Of a stretch of 64,000 nt of DNA, positions 18,124-26,847 are shown one piece after another. A program made the translations under genes and the position numbers. The stretch comes from a bacterium (GTDB lineage Bacteria; Lernaellota; Lernaellaia; Lernaellales; Lernaellaceae), in NCBI GenBank assembly GCA_036725605.1, contig DAIMDW010000021.1, positions 28,044 through 92,043 on the forward strand, written 5' to 3'. The stretch's first letter is position 1. The number at the start of each line of letters is the position of its first letter. Below the pieces are notes generated by a model, which had not been told where the DNA came from, made no database searches, and worked only from the letters and a program-made list of their open reading frames with translations.

Positions 18124-18521
18124 AGCCCCTCTCGAACGAGGGGCTAAAAATTTGGCGCAAACCCCCATGCGCCAAGGAATTTTGGCCGTTTTTACCGGGA
18201 TTCCGTACGGTATAAGCAGGGAAAGCCGCCCTTGGGCTTAGGGCGGAAACCAGGGCGGAATCCCTTGGGGACCCTTTTTGCTAAAAAGATATTTTGATGG
18301 CTCATTTTTGCGGTGTTTTCCGATGGAAGAAATTTCCCGAAAACTTTTCCCCATTTTTTAAAGATGTTTGACCGGCTTATCGCAAGAAATCCGAAAAAAA
18401 CGCACATGGTCGGGACTACACCCTCTGAAGCGGTTCGATATTTCAGTCAAACGGTTGAGGAAATCATTTGATCGGTCTCGCATTGTTCCAAGGCAAAAAA
18501 CGCTAGATTTTGTTGCCGTCC

Positions 18522-18569
18522 GGGGTGGCAGAAATTTCTGGTAAAAACTTCCACCCACTTTTCTTGCCT
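18522..18569 (+). promoter_or_regulatory. Copy 1 of island operator motif RTGGNN-N18-TTCCAY followed by TTGCC
   Basis: GTGGCA GAAATTTCTGGTAAAAAC TTCCAC; matches copies at 43239 and about 55760. Confidence 0.55.
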
Positions 18570-18626
18570 TTTGCCGTCGAGTCCTTTTTACTATTTGTGT
18601 GAGGTAATTGTCAGGAGTTCGAGGGG

Positions 18627-19217
18627 GTGAATATGAAGGCCAAACAGAAATTGCCCGACGATCAGGATCATATCGTCGTTTTTGGAAAAGAAGTTCTCCG
18701 TTGCAAGGCTCGGATGAAAAACGGCGGCGGGCGATGCACACATCCGGCTGTGCGGGGTTATACCGTCTGTCGAATGCACGGGGCAAATCCAAAAAATCGT
18801 GGAGGCGCCCCACCGGAAAAAATGCGCGGCAACCTCAACGGCCTTAAACACGGAGCCTATGTCAAACGGCTAATCAATGAAGAGGACCATCATCTTTTTA
18901 ACGAGATGCTGGAGTCGATTCGCAAGGACTTCGATTTGAACGATTCGACGGATCAGATGCAGGCCGCGATGGCCAGTTTTTATTACACGCGATGGCATCG
19001 TGCTGCGGAAGGCGGGTCCGACTCGGCAATCGCAATGTTCGACGCCCTGATTCGCAAGCAGCTGGAATCGCTCAAGGTCACGAGGGCGCAGAGGGAACCG
19101 GAAACCAATTCCCACGGATCGCCGGCGGAATGGGCGGTTGCGTTGTTGCAAAGGGTGAAAGATGCGAAAAAGAAAGAGAAAACACCAGAGGAGGACGCCC
19201 TGGCAGAGGAAATTTAG
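18627..19217 (+). CDS. HGGxSTG-domain protein (terminase small subunit-like), copy 1
   Basis: RCKAR....G.RC..PAV.G..VCRMHG, GNLNGLKHGAY; paralog of 27863 and 47429. Confidence 0.75.
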   Translation: MNMKAKQKLPDDQDHIVVFGKEVLRCKARMKNGGGRCTHPAVRGYTVCRMHGANPKNRGGAPPEKMRGNLNGLKHGAYVKRLINEEDHHLFNEMLESIRKDFDLNDSTDQMQAAMASFYYTRWHRAAEGGSDSAIAMFDALIRKQLESLKVTRAQREPETNSHGSPAEWAVALLQRVKDAKKKEKTPEEDALAEEI

Positions 19218-19341
19218 CAGTCCTGCGGAATCGTCCCGTCATTGATCGCCCGTTTGATACACTCACCAGAGTCTCCGTATTATCCCAAGTCAAACCCCTT
19301 TTTCACTTGCCGGACCATAACAGATGTGTTATATTCGCGCC

Positions 19342-19692
19342 ATGAAGTGGAAAGTGGTTCGATACCGCCGCGCAAATGGCGAGATCCCGTTTGACGATTT
19401 TATGGCAAAGCTCCCGGTCAAGGACAAGGCGCGCGTTATCCGGACGGTCGACCTGCTGGAGATGTTCGGTACTGAATTGCGGGAGCCATACGCCAGGAAG
19501 ATCCGGGGTGCCGTCCTTTGGGAATTAAGGATCCGTTGCGGATCTAACGCTTACCGGGTCTTTTACGCGGGGTGGAAGGACCGGTCGTTCTATCTTTTCC
19601 ACGGTTTCTTGAAAAAGGCGCAAAAAACGCCCCGCAAGGAACTCGAACGGGCCAAAGGATACCTGGCCGAAATGAAAGAGAGGTCAAAATGA
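19342..19692 (+). CDS. higB: Type II TA toxin, RelE/HigB (Gp49/DUF891-like)
   Basis: LREPYARKIRGAVLWELRIR...YRVFY...LFHGFLKKAQKTP.KELE.A; toxin precedes antitoxin. Confidence 0.8.
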   Translation: MKWKVVRYRRANGEIPFDDFMAKLPVKDKARVIRTVDLLEMFGTELREPYARKIRGAVLWELRIRCGSNAYRVFYAGWKDRSFYLFHGFLKKAQKTPRKELERAKGYLAEMKERSK

Positions 19693-20048
19693 CCGATACG
19701 AAAGAAAAAAAGCGCTCCGACATGGAGACCTGCTTGGGCGCCGACTTCTCGGAATACAAAAAGCGACTTCTGGAAGATCCCGATGTCCGGAGCGCTTATG
19801 ATGAACTGGAACCGGAGTTCGAGTTGATCGCCTCGCTGATCGCGCTACGCGGACGCCGCGGAATGTCGCAGGACGAACTGGCCGAGGCGGTCGGCACCAA
19901 GCAGCCCGCCATCGCCCGTATAGAGAGCGGCCGCTACCGCGGCATGTCGGTCGCCACGTTGGAGAAGATGGCCAGGGCGCTTGACGCAAGGCTGGTCATT
20001 CGCTTCGAAGAAGCCAAGAAGAAGCGCCACCGGGCCGGCACCCGATAA
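19689..20048 (+). CDS. higA: XRE-HTH antitoxin (HigA-like)
   Basis: GMSQDELAEAVGTKQPAIARIESG HTH; 4-nt overlap with the toxin. Confidence 0.82.
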   Translation: MTDTKEKKRSDMETCLGADFSEYKKRLLEDPDVRSAYDELEPEFELIASLIALRGRRGMSQDELAEAVGTKQPAIARIESGRYRGMSVATLEKMARALDARLVIRFEEAKKKRHRAGTR

Positions 20049-23000
20049 TCCCGTCGCCGTTTCCTCTTGATTTTTCCTCGATCGAGAAGCTGCGGTCGCA
20101 TGACAGACTTTCAGTGACCAAGCGGATCGCCCTTTTAAAATGATCCATCCGCACTTTCAATGATTCCAGTGGAACATGATCGTGCACCGCTTCTTTCACA
20201 CAAGCCATACCTGCCTCGCGGCAGGCCAGTTCTATTTGCGCGCCGGAGAAGTTGAGTGTGAGGCAGGCCAATTCCAGTGGATCGATGTCGGTGTTGACTG
20301 TCATCCCGGCCATGTGTTTTGCAAAGATAGCGGCGCGGCCTTCTAACGATGGCGGACCGATGTGGATCATCCGGTCGAAGCGCCCAGGGCGGCGCAGGGC
20401 CGGATCGATTTCATCTGGGCGGTTGGTCGTGCCGATGACAAAGATACGACCGCGCTCCTCCAGGCCGTCGAGCAGCACGAGCATTTGCGACACGAGGGTT
20501 TTGTGGTGATGCCCTTCCGCCAGGCTTCTGGAAGATGCGACGGCGTCGATCTCATCGAAAAGGATCACCGAGGGTGCGAGCTTGCGGGCCCGGCCGAAGA
20601 TTGAGCGGATTTTCTCTTCGGCCTCACCGACCCATTTTGACAGCACCTCCGGCCCGGAGACGATTTCGATGTGCGCGCTGGATTCTCCGGCCACGGCTTT
20701 GGCCAGCAGGGTTTTTCCATTACCAGGCGCTCCATACAGAAGTACACCCCTGCCGCCTTGTGTGCCGATGCGCTTGAAAAGCTCGGCGTGCTTGATCGGC
20801 ATCTCCACGTAGTCGCGCACGGCCTCCACCGCGGCTTCCTGCCCGCGCACGTCGTCGTAACGGGTGGGAGGGATACGTCGCATCATGGGCGTCGCGGCGG
20901 TCCCGTTTCCGACGTGAAACGACAGTCCGCTTTTTACTTCGTTCTCCCGCATCAGCGTCCAGGGCAGATTGTACAGGCCGGTCGGCGCAATCCAGACTGA
21001 TTCGCCGGTGGAGCGATGATAAAGCATGGTCCATTGCACGTCGTTTTGCGGATCGAGCTTGTCGGGCAGGTCTTTGATTTTCTTTTCTATCTCATCATGA
21101 TCATGCAACGGGCACTGGCGGCACAGATCGTTTCGCTCGCTTTGCACCTGGGCTCGGAGCGAGTCTTTGTCGATGGAGACGGTGCTTCCGTCAAACGTCC
21201 CCACCGCCCACCAGGGCTGGAGGTTGTTGGCGTAGCGCAAAAACTCCGGCAGAGCCTCGATCCGTAGCATCCGGCAGCCGAGACGCGAGCCGGCGCCGTC
21301 GCACCCGGCCTTGCGATGACTGCGCCAGCATCGCCGCACCTCACGCAACCGATGAAGGTATGCGTCAAGCTCTCGCCCTTCCAGGGGATCGCCGCTGATG
21401 ATGATTTCCGCGCTTTTCCACGTACGGACCAGGGCGATGAGGGAAACGATCCGCGACGAATGGCGCACGATGTCCCGATTCATAATCACATCGATGTGGC
21501 GAAGCCGACCACGATCATCGCTTTCCACTAGGATATGACCACACCCGGCCAGCTTCTTCACACGGCGCAGGGCTTCGCCAAAATTGAGCGAGGGGCTGCG
21601 GCCGAAGGATACGACGATGGAAAAACCTGAAATTTGTGGTTTTCCGTTTGAAGCCAGCGCCGCGACTTCCCGTTCCAGCTTCTCCGTAGCCGCCCGGCTT
21701 TGATGGCCGGTTCGCGCCGGAGCGCCGAATTGCGAAACCGCCTTCCACCCTTTCTTTATTTTGGAGGCGATCCAAAGATCGGTTTGTGCTCCGATCTTCT
21801 CGCGAGTCGAAGCAACGCGGATGTCGGTTTTCAAGGGCGTTTCGCGTCCGGGAGAAAAGTCCGTGAAGTAAGCGACCCAGGGCGGATAGGCGGAATCGAC
21901 GGTATCCTTATTGGTCTTCCATATCACCAGCTTGCGCACCGCGAGACCGTGGTCCACCTTTTTCGTAAACACTTCCCGGCGAACCACTTCGGAAACGGGG
22001 AGCAACTGCTGGGGCGCATCGCCCTTTTCAATCTCGACCGGCGCCAGGTCCGTCACCTGGGAAAACCGCACATCCTGATCGTTGACGGATTTGTCATCCC
22101 GCACGCGCACGAATACCGCGTTGATCATGCTGATCGAAGGCGCGGGACGCAGAGGCGTCCAGCCTTCAGATTCCGAGTATTCCATCATCATGCGTCGGAT
22201 TGGTTCGTTGTTGGCGCGATGAGTGAGCAGGTCGTTGCACTTCACTTCCACGACCATGGTGGGTTTCACCCAACGGTGCAGGACGCCATGCTCCCCGGCC
22301 AGGCGGAATGACGATTCACATGCTGATTGGGAAAGTGAATCGAACAGCCCCCTGCGTTCCTTTTTAGAAAAACCGGTCCGAACTCGACCGATCAAGTGGA
22401 AACGATTTTCGTCTATGAGAGTGAGGAGAAGTTCGGATACTCGATGTTCCCCACCTTCGCAATATCCGACCACCGCAGCGTCAATGGCGATTTCCGGCTT
22501 GACCTTGAATATGCGCCCATCCGCCAAGCGGATTACGATCCCTTCCGCGCCGCCCTTCGTGACGACGCGGTCGTATGCCGCGATGATATCAGCACTGTCG
22601 ATTGCCGTTTCGAACCGCGCTGGATGAATACGCTCGCATTTCGCAAAAAGCTCCCGCAGCCGTTCCACCCGTTTCGCAAAAGGCAGTTGTTGCGCATCAT
22701 CGCTTCCATCCCGCAGCAGATCGAAGCTGGCAAAGCGCAACCGTTCGACTTCGGCTTTCGCCCAGCCACCCAATGCCGCGTGAAGATCATGGACGCGGGG
22801 GCGGCCCTGCTCGACTTTCGCGTAAAGCTCGCCCGCTGCCAGAATAGATTTGTCTCCCACCAGCTTTTTCGCTTCATCCAGCAGCGACACGCCGACGATC
22901 ACTTTCCCCGAAGGGGAAAGAAGGGCTGCCTCGCCACTCTCGACACGCAGAAACCATGTTTCGCCGTCCACCTTTTCGGAAAGGATGTGCTCTCCGGTGG

Positions 23001-23166
23001 GGATGCTTTTTGTGATGTCGTCCGGCACGACGCTTCGGTAGTTACCGGCCACGGTGCGTTTGTAGGTTGATAATCGCCTCAACAGTCTGATATCCGTCAG
23101 CGATCCCGCCGGTGCCATCCAGCCGTTGTTTCCAAGCCGCGTCATTCTGGATTCATCGACGATCAT
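19996..23166 (-). CDS. ATP-dependent DNA ligase-like domain + OB/WGR-like region fused to a CDC48-type AAA+ ATPase
   Basis: EKVDGE (KxDG), AEGIV, IFKVKP, GRVRTGFS ligase motifs; C-terminal GAPGNGKT, ILFDEIDA, TNRPDEIDPALRRPGRFD. Confidence 0.8.
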   Translation of the reverse strand: MIVDESRMTRLGNNGWMAPAGSLTDIRLLRRLSTYKRTVAGNYRSVVPDDITKSIPTGEHILSEKVDGETWFLRVESGEAALLSPSGKVIVGVSLLDEAKKLVGDKSILAAGELYAKVEQGRPRVHDLHAALGGWAKAEVERLRFASFDLLRDGSDDAQQLPFAKRVERLRELFAKCERIHPARFETAIDSADIIAAYDRVVTKGGAEGIVIRLADGRIFKVKPEIAIDAAVVGYCEGGEHRVSELLLTLIDENRFHLIGRVRTGFSKKERRGLFDSLSQSACESSFRLAGEHGVLHRWVKPTMVVEVKCNDLLTHRANNEPIRRMMMEYSESEGWTPLRPAPSISMINAVFVRVRDDKSVNDQDVRFSQVTDLAPVEIEKGDAPQQLLPVSEVVRREVFTKKVDHGLAVRKLVIWKTNKDTVDSAYPPWVAYFTDFSPGRETPLKTDIRVASTREKIGAQTDLWIASKIKKGWKAVSQFGAPARTGHQSRAATEKLEREVAALASNGKPQISGFSIVVSFGRSPSLNFGEALRRVKKLAGCGHILVESDDRGRLRHIDVIMNRDIVRHSSRIVSLIALVRTWKSAEIIISGDPLEGRELDAYLHRLREVRRCWRSHRKAGCDGAGSRLGCRMLRIEALPEFLRYANNLQPWWAVGTFDGSTVSIDKDSLRAQVQSERNDLCRQCPLHDHDEIEKKIKDLPDKLDPQNDVQWTMLYHRSTGESVWIAPTGLYNLPWTLMRENEVKSGLSFHVGNGTAATPMMRRIPPTRYDDVRGQEAAVEAVRDYVEMPIKHAELFKRIGTQGGRGVLLYGAPGNGKTLLAKAVAGESSAHIEIVSGPEVLSKWVGEAEEKIRSIFGRARKLAPSVILFDEIDAVASSRSLAEGHHHKTLVSQMLVLLDGLEERGRIFVIGTTNRPDEIDPALRRPGRFDRMIHIGPPSLEGRAAIFAKHMAGMTVNTDIDPLELACLTLNFSGAQIELACREAGMACVKEAVHDHVPLESLKVRMDHFKRAIRLVTESLSCDRSFSIEEKSRGNGDGIIGCRPGGASSWLLRSE

Positions 23167-23879
23167 AAGGCTGGCCTTTTAAGTTCCAGATTTGAAAGGT
23201 GGAGAACGAGAATATATTTTTCACCGTTTGTGCGACCCTCCAAAAAAGCGCGATACGGCGTGCCGTTTCGTTCGAGAATCAATTGATCGCGCCCCTTGGC
23301 TCCCGCGCCTATTGATACGAGAACCTTCTTTTTCTCCAGCGTAGCCGCCATGCGGTGCAGAAAATCGAATGTCAGGCCGTCAGAGTGCAGTACCTGAAAC
23401 TTCCGCGTGATCGCGAACCGGCGAACGATTTCCTCGCGTTGGTAAAATCGCCCCGTCCATCTCAGGGGCATGCCCTCGCCGATGTTCGCCTCCTTGTCGA
23501 CCGGCACCCGCCGCTCTTTTTCCATGCCGTCCGGTTCGTAAACGACTTCCATCATCGTGGCCGCATACAGCGGAATGCCCTCCGGATCGACCCACACCCG
23601 GTCGCAAGGGCCGGTGACGCGCCCCGCAGCTTCCATATCAATCTCCGGATCGCCTTGGGTCAGAGCGCGGGCCAGTGAATCGTCATCTTTGTAGTGGTGC
23701 CGCAGGGCGATTTCACCCCGTTCTATCGGGCTTTTAATGATCCGCTCGAAATGGACGGGACCGCCATCCGGTGTGCGAAACTCCTGTTTGGCCATGTGTG
23801 TGGGCGATGATATCCATACCAATCCGTCCCGCCCTTTTAAGTCTTCAAGTCGGATTTTCCGCATCATGGTTTTCCTCAC
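23163..23879 (-). CDS. Conserved hypothetical partner of the ligase (beta-rich)
   Basis: 4-nt overlaps with both neighbours; protein-like composition. Confidence 0.7.
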   Translation of the reverse strand: MRKTMMRKIRLEDLKGRDGLVWISSPTHMAKQEFRTPDGGPVHFERIIKSPIERGEIALRHHYKDDDSLARALTQGDPEIDMEAAGRVTGPCDRVWVDPEGIPLYAATMMEVVYEPDGMEKERRVPVDKEANIGEGMPLRWTGRFYQREEIVRRFAITRKFQVLHSDGLTFDFLHRMAATLEKKKVLVSIGAGAKGRDQLILERNGTPYRAFLEGRTNGEKYILVLHLSNLELKRPAL

Positions 23880-24448
23880 ATCGTATCAAATCCGAGGTCT
23901 TCATATTCATGGTCGTCATCTTCGAAAACGGCCTGGTGATCGTTTCCAATGAAATCGAACCGCGCCGGTTTCGTCGCCAGCAGAAAAACACCTTGCTCGT
24001 TGGCTAGAAGAAAGCCCCTGTCGGGCTCATGGTAAATGTCGCCCCGCGACAACGACGTTGCCAGGGTTAAAACAAGATCGGATGCGTTCGCCTCGTTAAC
24101 AGCGGTGACAATGCATTCCAGTAATGCTTCGGCCGAGACCGGTCCGGTCAATTCATGGGGGCTGTTCGGAACCGCGATCTCTTCACCGGAAGGCCGCCCC
24201 TGCTCATCCGAAGCTGTCAGGTCTTCCCGCGCTACAACATCGCCTTCCTCGCTCAGATACATCCCCGCGGTCGATCCCGCTCCCAAAACGTATTTCCCGT
24301 CGCGGGTTAGCAGCGCCGACGCACACTCGTTCCCCTGCGCGTCCAGCCCGATCAGGCACGTTGAGCTATAGAGCCGGGAGCGGTCCACACGATGGAGGGC
24401 GATCCGCGAAATGCTCCCCTGAAACATAATGTCAATTTTTCGGCTCAT
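23876..24448 (-). CDS. Conserved hypothetical, first gene of the ligase operon
   Basis: ATG 24448 after GGAG SD; VDRSRLY...LD..G.EC..A.LTRDG motif; acidic C-terminus. Confidence 0.65.
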   Translation of the reverse strand: MSRKIDIMFQGSISRIALHRVDRSRLYSSTCLIGLDAQGNECASALLTRDGKYVLGAGSTAGMYLSEEGDVVAREDLTASDEQGRPSGEEIAVPNSPHELTGPVSAEALLECIVTAVNEANASDLVLTLATSLSRGDIYHEPDRGFLLANEQGVFLLATKPARFDFIGNDHQAVFEDDDHEYEDLGFDTM

Positions 24449-24554
24449 GTACTTCTCCGGCCTCTCGTTTTTCAGGTGTGCATGAAGGCGGGATTTGCGC
24501 AGGAAGTCGAGGAAAAAGTGGCCAAAGAATTCTTTTACCCGGCGCGAGAAATCC

Positions 24555-24584
24555 CTTGATCTTCCCGCCAACCGAAGCGATGTG
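24555..24584 (+). promoter_or_regulatory. CTTGAY-N13-GAAGC promoter motif (unit A, copy 1)
   Basis: CTTGAT CTTCCCGCCAACC GAAGC GATGTG; homologs at 25800, 50059-50089 and 51086-51115. Confidence 0.55.
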
Positions 24585-24621
24585 TTGCTTCGTGAAATGC
24601 CGATTTGAAAGGAGGATATGA

Positions 24622-24831
24622 ATGGCGCGCTACATCCTGACCAACTTGAACACCGGAGCGATCCTCGGCCAAAAGCTCGATTCTGGAGGCATGCGCCTCT
24701 TCGTGAGCATCGCCGAGGCATACGAGACGCTGGCCCGGATGGAGGCAGCGGACGGCGAAAAAGTCGATGAGCCGGGCCGAACTTTCAATTCCTGGACTCT
24801 GTGTGAAGTCAATCCGGTCGAAAGGCCGTAA
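24622..24831 (+). CDS. Small hypothetical protein (homolog of 50839-51048)
   Basis: GGAGG SD; MARYILTNL.TGAILGQ shared with unit B. Confidence 0.8.
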   Translation: MARYILTNLNTGAILGQKLDSGGMRLFVSIAEAYETLARMEAADGEKVDEPGRTFNSWTLCEVNPVERP

Positions 24832-24846
24832 CCGAAGGGAGTGCCC

Positions 24847-25053
24847 ATGAAAAAATGCGATGTCCAAATCGGCAAGACATACACCGCGAAGGTCAGCGGT
24901 TTCGTCGTGCCGGTGCGTATCGTGAGCGAGTACCCCCATGGCGGCTGGATCGGAATCAACATCCTGACCCGCCGCGAGGTGCGCATCAAGACCGCCGCGC
25001 GTCTGCGGCGCGAAATCGACCCCCACATAACCAAACCCCAAACCAAAGCGTAG
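24847..25053 (+). CDS. Small beta-rich (SH3-like) hypothetical protein
   Basis: MKK.DVQIG.TY.AKVSG..VPVRI...GGW.G.N..T.REVRIKTA.RLR; absent from unit B. Confidence 0.7.
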   Translation: MKKCDVQIGKTYTAKVSGFVVPVRIVSEYPHGGWIGINILTRREVRIKTAARLRREIDPHITKPQTKA

Positions 25054-25065
25054 GAGGAGAATACC

Positions 25066-25485
25066 ATGACCACCAAGACCATCACGATCAAAGAGGCCGC
25101 CGAGAAGTACCTGACCCATCTGGGGGAACTCGGCAAGAACGAGCGGACCGTCGAGACATACGGCCGCCACCTGGACCTGGCCATCGCACACTTCGGTGAA
25201 TCCAAAGACATCGCCAAGATCCTGCCAGTCCACGTTTCCGCCTTCTTCAAGAGCGACGCGGTCAACAAGCTGATCCGCGAACCTAGGAAGGAGGGGGAGC
25301 CGCCTCGGGAACGCCCCCGCAGTCCTCACACGGTGGCTCAAACGAAAAGAGTTCTGCGCCAGATGCTTGTGTTCTGTAAGGACCAGGGATGGACGGACAA
25401 GGTGCCGCTGCCCAAGTCCGAGGCCGAGAAGGTCAAAGAAAAGACCGATCCTGATCATCCTGCTGAAGCCGGCCGGGAGGAATGA
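25066..25485 (+). CDS. Stand-alone phage-integrase N-terminal SAM-like (core-binding) domain protein
   Basis: AAEKYL.HL.ELGKNERTV.TYGRHL parallels the Xer N-terminus; no catalytic domain; homolog 50410-50820. Confidence 0.7.
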   Translation: MTTKTITIKEAAEKYLTHLGELGKNERTVETYGRHLDLAIAHFGESKDIAKILPVHVSAFFKSDAVNKLIREPRKEGEPPRERPRSPHTVAQTKRVLRQMLVFCKDQGWTDKVPLPKSEAEKVKEKTDPDHPAEAGREE

Positions 25486-25488
25486 CCA

Positions 25489-25710
25489 ATGGGCGACAAG
25501 GTCAAAATCCCCGCCAACGTCCTCGAAGGCATAAAGGCGGTCCGGATATCCGGTCGTACGAACATGCTGGCGCGTGATGTTGTCGCCGCCATCGCCCTGG
25601 AACTCGGATACGTGGACGCGGCTTTCTGGCTGGATGACAAGGCCAATCACAAAACCTACGCCACCGGCATTTTCAACGGCTTCGCCGAGGAGGATTCTCC
25701 CACTCCGTAA
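25489..25710 (+). CDS. DUF5049-like small protein
   Basis: VLEGI.AVR.SGRTNML; homolog 50179-50406. Confidence 0.7.
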   Translation: MGDKVKIPANVLEGIKAVRISGRTNMLARDVVAAIALELGYVDAAFWLDDKANHKTYATGIFNGFAEEDSPTP

Positions 25711-25739
25711 ACTCCCGCCACAGCACGATCCCGCCTCTT

Positions 25740-25763
25740 GCGCCCTTTGCGGGGCGCTTTTCT
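25740..25763 (+). terminator. Rho-independent terminator
   Basis: GCGCCC-TTTGC-GGGGCGC then TTTTCTT; same hairpin in unit B at about 50131-50149 (-). Confidence 0.65.
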
Positions 25764-25866
25764 TCGGGCGGAAGAATTTCGCATAACTACTTGTTTCGCC
25801 TTGACTTTCACATGCGCCGAAGCCCTCATGCGGTCCATGAAAACGAGGACCACAAACCACAGGGAG

Positions 25867-26061
25867 ATGAACATGACGGAGTTTTACCAGACGCGCATGG
25901 GGCGCACGTTCTATGACCACACCCTGCCGACCATCGCAAAGGAACTGGGTCGGCTCAACGGGCTGCTGGAACGAATCGCCACGGCAATGGAAAAGCAGAA
26001 CCCCGGCCAGAGCGAAGGCCAGGACCAGAGCAACCAGGAGGTCAACGATGGCAAAGCCTAG
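25867..26061 (+). CDS. Small coiled-coil hypothetical protein
   Basis: EFYQT.MGRTFYDHTLPTIA.EL.RLN; homolog 49516-49686. Confidence 0.75.
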   Translation: MNMTEFYQTRMGRTFYDHTLPTIAKELGRLNGLLERIATAMEKQNPGQSEGQDQSNQEVNDGKA

Positions 26062-26263
26062 ATTGCGACGCGGAATGATCATGCGGTACGTGGGCGACGA
26101 CCACGCTTTCATGAAGGGACTCAAAGTCAAACTGATCGCCCCGATTCGCGGGGGCTGGTGGGATGTCGCACCCTGGATCGAAAAGGACGAACGCTTTTCC
26201 TGGGTCACCAGCGACGCCCGCCGCAAGGATCTGGTCCCGCTGGACGAGGAGGGAAAATCATGA
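26048..26263 (+). CDS. Small hypothetical protein
   Basis: GLKVKLIAPI...WWDVAPWIE..RFSWVTSDARR; homolog 49308-49535. Confidence 0.75.
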   Translation: MAKPRLRRGMIMRYVGDDHAFMKGLKVKLIAPIRGGWWDVAPWIEKDERFSWVTSDARRKDLVPLDEEGKS

Positions 26264-26553
26264 AACTCGAAATCGCCATCGACGTGCTCCAGTCCATGAT
26301 CGAACGCGCCCAGGGGAATCTGATCGCCATTCCGGAAGAGGAAGAGGTTGAAGCCCTGCAACGCGCAATCGACTGCCTGACCACCGCCGTCATCAAGCGG
26401 GAGGCTGAAATCAACCGGGCCGTCCACATGATCCGCGAGATCAGCGGGTGGCCTGACAAGGACGTTTCGGAAGTATGGATTTTCCTTCGTGACAAGATTC
26501 GGTTCAGCGAGGACGAGAAACTGGAAATCGAGAGCCGCCTGGGAATCAGGTAG
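26260..26553 (+). CDS. Helical hypothetical protein, distant paralog of the next gene
   Basis: EAL..AI.....A...RE.EI..AV..I....W....D.I.F..D.K.EI..RLG shared with 26563. Confidence 0.7.
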   Translation: MKLEIAIDVLQSMIERAQGNLIAIPEEEEVEALQRAIDCLTTAVIKREAEINRAVHMIREISGWPDKDVSEVWIFLRDKIRFSEDEKLEIESRLGIR

Positions 26554-26562
26554 GGGGTGACC

Positions 26563-26844
26563 ATGAATTTCAAGCAAGCGATCAAGGTGCTTCGCGCCCG
26601 CAAGCGACGCACAACCGGCAACGAGGCCGAGGCCCTGGCCATCGCCATCGAGCAGATGACCAAGGCCGACCGCAACCGGGAGGCCGAGATCGCCAAGGCG
26701 GTGGAGCTTATCCACGACGCGGTGTTCGACTCTGAGGGCAATCTTCACGAAAGCGCCTGGAGCTACATCAAGGATCGGATCGACTTCCCGCCCGACGACA
26801 AGGCCGAAATCATCCGGCGGCTCGGTCTGGACGAAAAGGAGTAG
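26563..26844 (+). CDS. Helical hypothetical protein
   Basis: Homolog of 49009-49305 (HESAWSY.KDRIDFP..DKAEIIRRLGL). Confidence 0.8.
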   Translation: MNFKQAIKVLRARKRRTTGNEAEALAIAIEQMTKADRNREAEIAKAVELIHDAVFDSEGNLHESAWSYIKDRIDFPPDDKAEIIRRLGLDEKE

Positions 26845-26847
26845 CCG

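Noticed and set aside
18124-18145. Hairpin after the truncated gene as the operon terminator
   Set aside because: Followed by an A-run rather than a U-tract on the + strand; more likely part of the element end
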